Shown here: in pieces, positions 21,201 through 29,568 of the stretch | Layout of the letters: each line of letters begins with the position of its first letter | How positions within the stretch are numbered: position 1 is the stretch's first letter | DNA from: an uncultured bacterium | GTDB taxonomy: Bacteria; Armatimonadota; HRBIN16 | Assembly (NCBI GenBank): GCA_964535125.1 | Contig: CAZHSN010000002.1 | Span: 1 to 59,444, forward strand | Direction: 5' to 3' | DNA: 59,444 nucleotides | Position numbers and translations under genes: made by a program | The notes under the pieces: model-generated | Database searches by the model: none | What the model was told of the DNA's origin: nothing | The model's input: the letters and a program-made list of their open reading frames with translations, nothing else

Positions 21201-21909
21201 GTTGGGCAGCCATCACCTGGTGCCGTTCGGCATCCTGGATGCTCACGGGCAATCGGCCAACTGGATGATCGACCATCTGGAAGACGTGCAGTTCCTGTCT
21301 GACGGATGGGGCGGGGCGTTTCCCGCAACGCTGAACCACGAGCACTGGTTTGACCTGGGAGGTTTTGGTAAAGTCCAGCCCTATTACCTGCGGTACAACG
21401 AGTTGCTGGCCCAACGCGATGATGTCAAACCATTTCTGCGTTCGTTCTTCAATAGCCTCTGTTCCCTGTTGAACCGGGAAGACCTGTCGATTTGGGAGCA
21501 CTTTATGGTCGGCGCGTATAACAAAACGCACGAAACCGGCGGGTTTCTGCATCAGGCGCGGACCATGTTGGTGATGGAGCGGAACGACGGCTTGCTGCTG
21601 GCCGGATTTACTCCTGCGGAGTGGCTGCGTGACGGCGCCGTCATCAGGGTCAACAACGCCCCCAGTGCGTATGGAACCGTAAGCTACACGGTGACGTCAC
21701 ACGTGAACAGGGGAGAGATCCGCGCCGAAGTTACCCGTCAGCCTCGCGGCACACCCGGTCATGTTACGCTGCGCTTGCGGCATCCCGAGGGGAAGCCCAT
21801 TCGCGAGCTGCAGATCAACGGACGCACCGTGATGCAGGAAGGCGTCCATGCCGGAGACATTCGGTTGCCTGCAGGAGACGCGTCGGTCACGGTGATCGCC
21901 CGCTACTGA
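18298..21909 (+). CDS. Large secreted protein (1203 aa) with an N-terminal NPCBM-like carbohydrate-binding domain and an unrecognised catalytic-size body
   Basis: Signal-like N-terminus MDFCDFRVWVLAGLVLLTAACRAAD. AGGAGG RBS. The body (for example GFLTTGYTWMGTGWHLWTLGEAMRW) is suggestive of an alpha/alpha toroid, but the family is not recognised. Confidence 0.7.
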   Translation: MDFCDFRVWVLAGLVLLTAACRAADVRLDDRPDLVVHHTQAWGVLGLGTAAHMAGVEPMKLHIGERRFTRGFGSHAPGVIVVDLGGDYDRFSALVGVQKQNGPAGSVVFRVVGDGKVLFDSGVVYQHTPPKQVSVSVRGVQSLELRADDAGDGITCDVANWCDPVLTPLPEAIRKRDLVYLDLAPFARVMHWDWRKTAGAPNHRLQEFDADELFPGTQLARNASGGYTVPTVDGKACVGLEWLERRQVRTLSLTLPAGQPLPPVDGMRVEAWIKPTPQSGIEGTRWQGRWAPFEGDIRLSGRTYVFTPFPARAFGSQMARLKVRWIWPHDAAVAHIRALSAEARRPAADVTLHVFRTGKSLNTPIQMTGYNLAFHQGGGLIHGRSLDVQRETTCRVRYTQPTQWRQDRSVLRFSGPNGGFGVAIDDLLEHGAIESDTYGIAVALSPGWPRVQQARANRGQRQTVLDRVRQMPEQTLARALNRVHWQGMNTGPTLLSLAANQHKVELEREGAVLFEWTPDILRLTESGLNRHFSWRFQPAVGTGSARFGSRSLHRGWYPIVVTRWREGQVVYTQASMMAPASPAIPGRPAWYRPDAACVVRTSMENEGTTPAQARVAWQLQLPEGAVQPRLEGDTGLFDAPHGVQIHLRSYAESMAGRVESNRWVAEGTLAPGERAVVSAMISSRPGVDSGLMSGETALEGTRQYWDDLMRESLQIDLPDKRLERIILANRVHCWMAARSEAEGERVAPWIGSIHYGPLESESHAVIRGMAAQGHDEFARRGLDYFIHRYNPQGFLTTGYTWMGTGWHLWTLGEAMRWQQQEDWLRARADEMARVCRWTLAQMEKTRREGPDGRPLRESGLMPPGVMADWDVYAYYFYLNGYFAAGLREAGLSLQRIGHPDAERVLDGYARLREATRQAYLSVQSEAPLVQLGNGKWIPYYPTQAYAPGPVGDMYPGEDAGRSWCYDVELGSHHLVPFGILDAHGQSANWMIDHLEDVQFLSDGWGGAFPATLNHEHWFDLGGFGKVQPYYLRYNELLAQRDDVKPFLRSFFNSLCSLLNREDLSIWEHFMVGAYNKTHETGGFLHQARTMLVMERNDGLLLAGFTPAEWLRDGAVIRVNNAPSAYGTVSYTVTSHVNRGEIRAEVTRQPRGTPGHVTLRLRHPEGKPIRELQINGRTVMQEGVHAGDIRLPAGDASVTVIARY
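18385..18795 (+). other. NPCBM-like (GH98-associated carbohydrate-binding module) domain
   Basis: FTRGFGSHAPGVIVVDLGGDYDRFSALVGVQKQNGPAGSVVFRVVGDGKVLFDSGVV...VRGVQSLELRADDAGDGITCDVANWCDPVL. This matches the NPCBM pattern G-x-H-A-P, Y-x-x-F, GSVxFxVxxDG and DxGDGxxxDxAxWxD. Confidence 0.65.
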
Positions 21910-21917
21910 TCGGTCCT

Positions 21918-21954
21918 GGCAGCGTCAGGCAACCGCTCTCTGCCTGACGCTGCC
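21918..21954 (+). terminator. Perfect 14-bp hairpin between co-directional giant genes, with no U-tract
   Basis: GGCAGCGTCAGGCA (21918-21931), loop ACCGCTCTC, then TGCCTGACGCTGCC (21941-21954). It is followed by TGGCATCAACAGGAGG, the RBS of the next gene. Confidence 0.4.
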
Positions 21955-21978
21955 TGGCATCAACAGGAGGCGTCATCT

Positions 21979-24900
21979 GTGTCTGCTATCGCCCGGGCTG
22001 TTCTGGCCGTTTTCGCGTTTGTACTGGTGTTCCCCGCGCATCCGCTGTATGCTCAACTGCCCTCGTTTGACTTCACCAAGGCATCGGTGGTGGCGGAGTG
22101 GAAGGCCGATCACGGCATCAGTTCCATCACCTCCACGGCGGAGGGTATGCGGATTGTGATCTCCGGAGAAGATCCGTATCTGCATGGCCCGGTACGTAAC
22201 TACCCGGCTGACAGCCCGCTGATCGCCACCATGCGCATGAAGTGTGATCAGCCGGGGTTCACAGAGATATTCTGGTACAAGCAGGGGTCGCATCCGGTTG
22301 CCGGTGATGAATCGGGGTCGTACGTGACTCAAGCAGGTGTCTGGGAGGATGTGCGGATCGTACTGCCGGCGCTGGGGTCGAACACCATCCTGCGCATTGA
22401 CCCGCCGGGATCCGGCGGTGTGTGCGTGATCCAATCCCTGACGTTTCAGGCGATGAACCTGCAGCCGCCCGCAGCCTGGCTGCCGCCCACCAAAGCGTAC
22501 GCAGGCGACGGGGCGCTGGTGTTGGTCAACGGCCAGACACGGCTGGAACACAGCGCCACAGTGTTTGGCCGGTATGATGTGATCCGCAACGGCGTGCGCA
22601 TCGGGTACGGTCATGATCAACCGATGCTGGGATATGTACGCGACTCGGGAGCGTCGGACTGGATCGACATCAAAGCGCATGCTGCGGTGACGGTCTCCGG
22701 AGGCAGTACGATCCGTGAGCGCGCCACCTTGGTGGACGCAGACGGACGCACCTGGACACTCGACACGGTTATCCAACCGGGACCGTTGCCAGACACGTTC
22801 CAGATCGATAGCCGCGTAGCGGTCAGTCGGGATGTGTCGTTGATCTATCTGCCGTTGGTTACGCTGTTCGGCGGAGCGGAGGCGTTTGGCGCGGCGCGAA
22901 ATCAAGGGTTGTTCGCCGGGTTGGAGTACATGGATGCGCCGGACACCAGCAGTTCCGCAGCGGACATCACCACAGCAGAGAAGAACCGCCAACTTCCAGA
23001 CACGTTGAAGATCACCTTCCCGTTGATGTCTGTACAGGGGCTGGGACGCTATGTCGGTCTGATCTGGGACATGAGCAACGCGACTTGTGCGTTGTTCGAC
23101 TCACCGGACCGGTTCTTCCAGTCGGGCAGTCATGTGATGGGGGTTGTGATGCCCGGTTCGGACGGCATCATCCGCGATACCAGCAGTCTGACGCCCCGGG
23201 TGCCCTCCACGTTGACCGCCGAGAATCCGCACTCCACCCGCGCCTGGATCATCGCCGGCGATGGCGCAAGCGTTGTACCGTCCATTGAGCAGTATGTGGC
23301 GCTGCGCGGGTTACCGGCGCTTCCCAGCACGCTGAACCAGGCGGAGTATGTATCGGCAACCGCCAACTCATGGCTCTATTCCAAGATCAGAGAGGGCTCA
23401 AAATACCGGCACGCCTACTGGCCCGGCACATCATTCGATCCTTTAAACGTCGCAGATCCGGCGATCTACATGGAGTGGCTGGCCTCCATGACAGGTAACC
23501 CGACGCTCGCCGCCACGCTGCGCACGGCGGGCGCCGCCGCAAAGGCCAACGTAAACTGGTGGGACTGGAACTACGCCAATGTGTCTCACAACGCGTATCC
23601 CATCGGCATGCTGCTGTGGGGACAGACGGCCGCGATCGCCAACAACGCCGGACCGCGATGCGACAGCTATCTGGGAGCATTCGACGAGCAGGGACGGATT
23701 ATATACAAGCCCCAGCAAGGAGGGATCGATTACGGGGCGACGCACTTTGCACCGGATGCGAACGGGTTGACTGCCAGTTACATGAAACCCGCGCTGGAAC
23801 TGGCCAGTGTCAGCGGCGACCAGACGCGTATTGATGCCGCGCTGAACCGGCTTTACCAGTTCAGCCAGTATGACAACACCGTGCCGCGGGGCGCACAGAC
23901 TTGGGAAGTGCCGCTGCACACCCCGGATATCCTCGCCTCCAGGTGGAATGCTCAGTGTTACCTGATGGGTTACAAGATGACCAACGACCCCGCTCTGTTG
24001 CAGCGTGCGGTCTATTGGGCCTGGACAGGCATACCGTTTGTGTACTTGATCAATCCGGCAGCCCGGGTGATCGGTACCTATGCCACGATCCCGGTGTTTG
24101 GCGCTACCGGCTATAACCTGGTCAACTGGATGGGGCTTCCCGTGCAATGGTGCGGCATGGTATATGCCGATGCACTGTACCGTCTGGCAGACTTTGACAA
24201 CTCCGCGCCATGGAAGATGCTGGCCGACGGCATCACGGTTTCGGGCATTCAACAGAACGAACCGGACAACGGAAACGCCGATCTGCGTGGGTTGCTGCCG
24301 GACTCGTTTAACCTGCGCGCGCAGGTGCGCAACCCGGTGTTTATCAACCCCGGCACGATTCAGGAGTGCGCGACGGTGCTGTATACCGGTAACTTCCTGT
24401 ATGACATGAAAACAGCGCATCCGTGCGGCTATATCATTCATGCGCCCGGCCGGGTTCAGATCACCGAGCAGACAGAGACGCGCGCGGCATTCACGGTAAC
24501 CAACTGGTACGGCGGCGCGTATTACCTGCTGATCAACCGGGTACCCAGCACGCCACGCGTCTGGGTTAACGGACAACAGGTTGCACTGACCGGCGCCAAT
24601 AGCTACACCGCAGCCCAGAAGCGGCTGGTGCTTCAGGTGATCGGCGACGCGCACGTCGTGGTGGATACCGGATATGCGTTAAGCGGCCAGATGGATCTGA
24701 AGGACTACGTGGGCAGCCCCGCGCAGTTTTCACTGCACCTGCGGTTGACCCGTGCAGGGGCAGCACCCGTGGAGAGACACATACCGCTCAATGGGGCGGG
24801 AGGTTTCGAGGCCAAAGGAATACCTGGCGGACAGTATACGGCCCGCTTCCGCGTAGAGCACTGGTTGGCTGTATCCGCGCCTGTTGATCTCACCGCGGAT

Positions 24901-25095
24901 CTGCAGGGGATCACTGCGTCGCTGGTAAACGGAGATGCGGACGGTGACAACCAGATCACCCTGTTTGACTATCTGGTTCTGGATGCGCAATTTGGACTCT
25001 CTGATCAAATGGCCGACTTGGACGGTGACGGCGCGGTTACGCTGTTCGACTATCTGATCATTGATCGATCGTTCGGAGCCGTCGGCAGCAACTGA
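21979..25095 (+). CDS. Large secreted hypothetical protein (1038 aa), paralog A, with a C-terminal dockerin-like module
   Basis: GTG start with AGGAGG 8 nt upstream. Signal peptide MSAIARAVLAVFAFVLVFPAHPLYA/Q. It shares long conserved blocks with the next gene: YDNTVPRGAQTWE, NWMGLPVQWCGMVYADALY, LLPDSF and RNPVFINPGTIQ. Confidence 0.75.
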   Translation: MSAIARAVLAVFAFVLVFPAHPLYAQLPSFDFTKASVVAEWKADHGISSITSTAEGMRIVISGEDPYLHGPVRNYPADSPLIATMRMKCDQPGFTEIFWYKQGSHPVAGDESGSYVTQAGVWEDVRIVLPALGSNTILRIDPPGSGGVCVIQSLTFQAMNLQPPAAWLPPTKAYAGDGALVLVNGQTRLEHSATVFGRYDVIRNGVRIGYGHDQPMLGYVRDSGASDWIDIKAHAAVTVSGGSTIRERATLVDADGRTWTLDTVIQPGPLPDTFQIDSRVAVSRDVSLIYLPLVTLFGGAEAFGAARNQGLFAGLEYMDAPDTSSSAADITTAEKNRQLPDTLKITFPLMSVQGLGRYVGLIWDMSNATCALFDSPDRFFQSGSHVMGVVMPGSDGIIRDTSSLTPRVPSTLTAENPHSTRAWIIAGDGASVVPSIEQYVALRGLPALPSTLNQAEYVSATANSWLYSKIREGSKYRHAYWPGTSFDPLNVADPAIYMEWLASMTGNPTLAATLRTAGAAAKANVNWWDWNYANVSHNAYPIGMLLWGQTAAIANNAGPRCDSYLGAFDEQGRIIYKPQQGGIDYGATHFAPDANGLTASYMKPALELASVSGDQTRIDAALNRLYQFSQYDNTVPRGAQTWEVPLHTPDILASRWNAQCYLMGYKMTNDPALLQRAVYWAWTGIPFVYLINPAARVIGTYATIPVFGATGYNLVNWMGLPVQWCGMVYADALYRLADFDNSAPWKMLADGITVSGIQQNEPDNGNADLRGLLPDSFNLRAQVRNPVFINPGTIQECATVLYTGNFLYDMKTAHPCGYIIHAPGRVQITEQTETRAAFTVTNWYGGAYYLLINRVPSTPRVWVNGQQVALTGANSYTAAQKRLVLQVIGDAHVVVDTGYALSGQMDLKDYVGSPAQFSLHLRLTRAGAAPVERHIPLNGAGGFEAKGIPGGQYTARFRVEHWLAVSAPVDLTADLQGITASLVNGDADGDNQITLFDYLVLDAQFGLSDQMADLDGDGAVTLFDYLIIDRSFGAVGSN
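24928..25092 (+). other. Dockerin-like duplicated Ca-binding (EF-hand-type) repeat
   Basis: NGDADGDNQITLFDYLVLDAQFG and DLDGDGAVTLFDYLIIDRSFG. These are two DxDxDG-x-(I/V)T-x-FDYL segments, as in type I dockerins. Confidence 0.7.
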
Positions 25096-25126
25096 ACTCC
25101 GAATGGTGTCACCTGTGTTCTCTAGG

Positions 25127-25154
25127 CCGTCCGGCAGCGGTGTCTGCCGGACGG
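25127..25154 (+). terminator. Hairpin terminator candidate after paralog A
   Basis: CCGTCCGGCAG (25127-25137), loop CGGTGT, then CTGCCGGACGG (25144-25154), followed by TTCTGT. Confidence 0.5.
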
Positions 25155-25253
25155 TTCTGTGGCGCTTGTCTGCGGGTTGGCTCTTGCCGTGAGGCAGGAG
25201 TTGCATGACAAACTGTCGAAACGGGCTGGGCAATACACCGCAGGAGGCGCAGC

Positions 25254-27905
25254 ATGGCACACAGGGACAGACTGGCGGCGTGGTGCTGTTTGGCGTTGGC
25301 AGCGGCCAACGCGGCGATGGCTCAGACTGTACACTTCGACTTTTCATGGGCAGATACGGTTCGCCAATGGCGCGCAGCGAACCACGTGTCATCGGTGGCT
25401 TATACGCGCGACGGGATGCGCATCGCCATAGCAGGCAACGATCCCTATATCTTTGGCCCTGCCCGGACGTTTCCGGCCGCGCAGCGGTTTCTCGTGACCG
25501 CCCGGGTTTGGTCGGCCACTCCCGGTTTCTTCGAACTGTTCTGGTTCGCCGATGGTGAAAGCCCGGTACAGTCCCAAAGCGTCCGGCTGCCTGTTTCCCA
25601 AGGCGGCGTGTGGCAGACCGTTCAGGCGGCGCTGCCAGCACTTCCCTCCACCACCAGACTGCGCCTGGATCCGCCGGGAACGCGGAGACATGCGATCGTC
25701 CGGTCACTCACGGTGGAAGCGCTTCCCGTGCTTCCGGCTGCGCGATGGACAACACCCGACACAAGTGTGCTGACCGGCGGACTGGCGATACGCAGCGGCT
25801 CCTTAACGTTGCGTCACGGCGGGCGGTTCGGCCAGTTTGATGTACGGTATGGTGATCAGCGTGTGTTGATCGGCATCGGCGATCCGCAGATCGCTTGTGC
25901 CAATGACTCCGGTCCCAGATGGATCGGCAGCCGTCAGTCGGTGGTGTACGCCTCCGGATCCGCCATTGTCAGTCAGGTGACCTTGGCAGATGGAGCGGCT
26001 GCTTGGCGATTGCAGCAGCGTTTCACGCCTGGACGCAACGGAGAGATCCTGGTTGACGCATCTCTGACCGCACTGACTGCATCGAAACTTCACTACGCTC
26101 CGTTGATGCTGGTAAGCGCCTTCAGCGGCCCCAGGCCATACACGCGTCAGCAAGGGCTGTTTCCGGGCTTGGAATATCTGGATGAACCGGACACCAGCAG
26201 TTCGGAGGCCGATATCCGCGGTCCGGGCAGTTGGCGGTTGGCGCCTGACCAGATGAAGGTCACGATCCCCATGAGTGTGGTGCAGACCGCCAACCGGTGG
26301 ACGGCTATGAGTTGGCAACCCGGTGATGACGTATGTGCGGTGTTCGACTCGCCTGACCGCGTATTCCATTCCACGGGCCATCTGCAGGGAGTGGTTGCAC
26401 CGGGAGGAGACGCGATCAACCGGACCGGCCGCACTTTGTGGGCGGATGCGCCCTTATCGATGAAGCGTGGACAGACTGTCCGTACGCGGTGCGTGCTGAA
26501 GGCCGGCGTGGGGGCCAGCGTGGTCCCGGCGCTGCAGTGGTATATAGGCCGCAACGGCCTGCCCGCGTTGCCGCCTGCACCCAGCCGCTCTGCATATGCT
26601 CGATCCGCCGCAGCCGGTTGGCTGGATTCGGGACTGGCGGCATGGCCTAAGTGCAGGCATGCCTATTACCCCGACAGCCCCTTCCATCCCGCACCGGCCA
26701 TTGATCCAGCCGTGTATCTGCGCTGGCTGCAGACACAGCCGCTGCCGGCGGCCCGCAAACGGGCCATTGCGCGGGTCATTCAGCAGGTTGTTCCGTCGGT
26801 CGCCTCCGAACACTACCTCCAGCAGACGGTGTCGCACATCCGCCCGCCCGTGGCGCCTTTGCTGTTTGGCGACGTCGGTAAGGCGGTGGCTGCTGCGCGT
26901 GACGCCGGACATGGCCTGTTGAGCCGGTTCAATGAGCAGGGCCGCGTGATCTACCAGGCTGCGCCCGGCCAGGAAGACCAAGGGGTGACTCACTTTGCGG
27001 ATCATGCCAACGGGTTGACTGCCCCGCTGGTAGAGCAACTGCTCAAATACGCTATGTTCTCCGGTGACCGTGAACTGCGCACGCGCGGACTGGCGCTGCT
27101 GGACGCGCTGATGGAGTATGACAACACAGTGCCCCGCGGCGCTCAAACCTGGGAGTGCCCGCTTCATGTGCCTGACATCCTGGCGTCGGCGCATCTGGTG
27201 AAGGCGTTCGTGATGGGGTACCAGTTGACCGGTGAGACGCGGTATCTGGATCGGGCAAAGTACTGGGCATGGACTGGCGTCCCGTTTATCTATCTGCGTG
27301 ATCCGGCGAGCGGCCCCATCGGCCGTTATGGTTCCATCGCGGTGTTCGGCAGCACCATGTGGGATGCGGTCAACTGGATGGGTTTACCGGTTCAGTGGTG
27401 CGGCATGGTGTATGCCGATGCGCTGTACGATCTGGCCCCGCTGGACGGCTCCGGGCCATGGAAGCGGCTGGCTGATGGGATCACGATATCCGGTATGCAG
27501 CAGAACGAACCCTTGAGCGGCCGCAGGGAACTGGCTGGTCTGTTACCCGATTCGTTTGAGCCACGGTCGCAAACGCGTAATCCGGTGTTCATCAACCCGG
27601 GTACCATACAGTCATCCGCAGCCTGCCTGTACACGGGTGTCCCGTTGTTTTCGGCGGCTGTCAGTCGCCAACATGGCGCGATTGTGAACGCACCGGGGAC
27701 CGTCCGCACCGTAGAAGAGACCAGGGCGCATTGGATACTGAAACTCCAGCTGTGGCCCGCTGCGCCTGCACGCGTGTTGATTTCGGGGTTACACCGGATG
27801 CCGCGGTCAATCAACGGTCGACCTGTGCGAGCCGACGAAATCGTGACAGATGGGGTGCTGGCCATTCGCATGACCGGAACTGGGCGTCTGCGGTTGAGCT
27901 GGTAG
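25254..27905 (+). CDS. Large secreted hypothetical protein (883 aa), paralog B, without a dockerin
   Basis: AGGAGG RBS. Signal peptide MAHRDRLAAWCCLALAAANAAMA/Q. It is collinear with 21979..25095 from the N-terminal FDF-(T/S)-W...GMRI-I-G-DPY domain to the C-terminal catalytic-size region. Confidence 0.75.
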   Translation: MAHRDRLAAWCCLALAAANAAMAQTVHFDFSWADTVRQWRAANHVSSVAYTRDGMRIAIAGNDPYIFGPARTFPAAQRFLVTARVWSATPGFFELFWFADGESPVQSQSVRLPVSQGGVWQTVQAALPALPSTTRLRLDPPGTRRHAIVRSLTVEALPVLPAARWTTPDTSVLTGGLAIRSGSLTLRHGGRFGQFDVRYGDQRVLIGIGDPQIACANDSGPRWIGSRQSVVYASGSAIVSQVTLADGAAAWRLQQRFTPGRNGEILVDASLTALTASKLHYAPLMLVSAFSGPRPYTRQQGLFPGLEYLDEPDTSSSEADIRGPGSWRLAPDQMKVTIPMSVVQTANRWTAMSWQPGDDVCAVFDSPDRVFHSTGHLQGVVAPGGDAINRTGRTLWADAPLSMKRGQTVRTRCVLKAGVGASVVPALQWYIGRNGLPALPPAPSRSAYARSAAAGWLDSGLAAWPKCRHAYYPDSPFHPAPAIDPAVYLRWLQTQPLPAARKRAIARVIQQVVPSVASEHYLQQTVSHIRPPVAPLLFGDVGKAVAAARDAGHGLLSRFNEQGRVIYQAAPGQEDQGVTHFADHANGLTAPLVEQLLKYAMFSGDRELRTRGLALLDALMEYDNTVPRGAQTWECPLHVPDILASAHLVKAFVMGYQLTGETRYLDRAKYWAWTGVPFIYLRDPASGPIGRYGSIAVFGSTMWDAVNWMGLPVQWCGMVYADALYDLAPLDGSGPWKRLADGITISGMQQNEPLSGRRELAGLLPDSFEPRSQTRNPVFINPGTIQSSAACLYTGVPLFSAAVSRQHGAIVNAPGTVRTVEETRAHWILKLQLWPAAPARVLISGLHRMPRSINGRPVRADEIVTDGVLAIRMTGTGRLRLSW

Positions 27906-27914
27906 GCAAGACGA

Positions 27915-29198
27915 TCAGTTGGCAGGCGCTTCCGAGCAGTACAGCGGGGCGCCTGCCTGTTCTCCGCGCACTCCCGTAGCGGTGACCTCGGTGAGCCGAA
28001 CCGGCACAATAGCGCCGATCGGAGCGCCTGACGCAGCGACGGTGACGTCCAGATAGTTAGCGGAGTATCCACGGGCTTCCCCTGCGGGCGTACGTCGCTC
28101 CAGAAGAACGGGCGCCACTTGGCCTAAATGGCGTGCCGCGTACTGTATGGCCACTTCGGCTGCCGAGCGTATCAACAGAGCGCTGCGTTCTGACCGGATG
28201 CGCTCCGGCACCTGAGGGCGCATGGTCTGTGCCGGCGTGTTTGGGCGCGGGCTGAAGGGGAACACATGGCAGCGCGCATATTGCACCTGTCGCACCAACT
28301 CGGCGGTGTGCAGAAACGCCGCCTCGTCCTCGCCAGGGAAGCCCACAATGATGTCTGTGGTAATGGCCATCTCCGCAGAGGCTGCATAGATCCGCTCCGC
28401 CAGGCGCAGTACATCATCGGGCCTGTAGGGCCGTCCCATCCGGGATAATACACCTGCGTCGCCGCTCTGCAGAGGGATGTGCAGATGAGGGCAGACGCGC
28501 GGGTGCTCTGCGCAGAGTGAAATCAGGCGCTGGGTGACATCCGCCAACTCCACGGAACTGAGCCGTATACGGGGGACCAGCGCACTGGATGCCAACGTTT
28601 CCACCAAGTCCGCCAGTTTCATTCCCTGCGCGTCCTCCCATGCGCCCAGCAGAATGCCCGTCAGCACGACTTCCTGGACGCCCTCATCGGCCAGACGGGC
28701 CACTTCATCTCGAATCTCCTGCAGGGGTTTTGAGTACACGACCGGCCGGGTGAGGGGAATGCTGCAATAAGCGCATCGGTTCGAGCAGCCATCCTGCACC
28801 TTCAGAAATGCGCGGGTGCGGAGGCGCCGGCGTGGCGGAAGGACAGGCGTCATACCTCGCCACTCCGGGCGCAGTTTCAGGATTAGGCGAAGCAGATGGT
28901 CTTTTGCAGTGTTAGGCGCCAGCAGATCGGTGTTGGGGAGTGTCTCGCCCGCGTCATGCAGCATTTGTGCGTAACAACCGGTCAATACCCGCAGGGCAGT
29001 GGGTGACGCCGCATTTAGCAGGTTGCGGCTCTTGCGTGCAGCCGTGGCGGTGACAGAGCAGGAGTTGACGACAGCGCAATCGGCGGATCGCCAGCTGTCA
29101 GCCAGCGTGAATCCCGCCTGCAGGAACTGCGTGTTCAGCTGTTCCGCCTCGTATTGATTGACTTTGCATCCCAGCGTCGTGATAGAAAATGTCGGCAT
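27915..29198 (-). CDS. mtaB: MiaB/RimO-family radical SAM methylthiotransferase, MtaB-like
   Basis: MPTFSITTLGCKVNQYEAEQL...VVNSCSVT (UPF0004 Cys triad). Radical SAM motif GCSNRCAYCSIP. 427 aa. Confidence 0.8.
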   Translation of the reverse strand: MPTFSITTLGCKVNQYEAEQLNTQFLQAGFTLADSWRSADCAVVNSCSVTATAARKSRNLLNAASPTALRVLTGCYAQMLHDAGETLPNTDLLAPNTAKDHLLRLILKLRPEWRGMTPVLPPRRRLRTRAFLKVQDGCSNRCAYCSIPLTRPVVYSKPLQEIRDEVARLADEGVQEVVLTGILLGAWEDAQGMKLADLVETLASSALVPRIRLSSVELADVTQRLISLCAEHPRVCPHLHIPLQSGDAGVLSRMGRPYRPDDVLRLAERIYAASAEMAITTDIIVGFPGEDEAAFLHTAELVRQVQYARCHVFPFSPRPNTPAQTMRPQVPERIRSERSALLIRSAAEVAIQYAARHLGQVAPVLLERRTPAGEARGYSANYLDVTVAASGAPIGAIVPVRLTEVTATGVRGEQAGAPLYCSEAPAN

Positions 29199-29328
29199 CA
29201 GTGTATGGGTCCTTCATGTGGTGCGCCGGATCTGCAGGCGCTCAGGGTATTGCTCCGCGAGTGGTACAATACCATATGCTGGCGTAATGCGCACTCTTCA
29301 GCCTGCACCGGAGGTCATCGACTGACGC

Positions 29329-29568
29329 ATGTGGCGATATCTAAACAGCTTCAACATCGTTGGGCTTATTCTGTTCGGTCTGGCCATCTGGGGTTTTGTG
29401 CAGGGAGCTGACGTGTTGCGCGACCCGGCACAACCCCGAGACATGCGGCTGCCGCTGATGTACCTGTTCGGTGCTGTGGTGATGGTGTTGAATGGCTTCA
29501 TCTCCATCCGCGTGTATCGGCAGAAGACCGCCCGGGCCGCTTCAGACGCAAAGGAGACATCGTCATGA
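29329..29568 (+). CDS. Small two-TM membrane protein, hypothetical
   Basis: 79 aa with two hydrophobic helices (IVGLILFGLAIWGFV and LMYLFGAVVMVLNGFISI). The stop overlaps the next start (ATGA), and the next gene's AAGGAGA RBS lies within its 3' end. Confidence 0.55.
   Translation: MWRYLNSFNIVGLILFGLAIWGFVQGADVLRDPAQPRDMRLPLMYLFGAVVMVLNGFISIRVYRQKTARAASDAKETSS

Noticed and set aside
21973-25707. Long minus-strand ORFs (21973..22992, 23443..24654, 24730..25707) opposite the paralogous giant genes
   Set aside because: All are antisense to ORFs with signal peptides, RBSs and paralog conservation. Their compositions are Arg/His/Pro/Gly-biased, and none has an RBS or recognisable domain.
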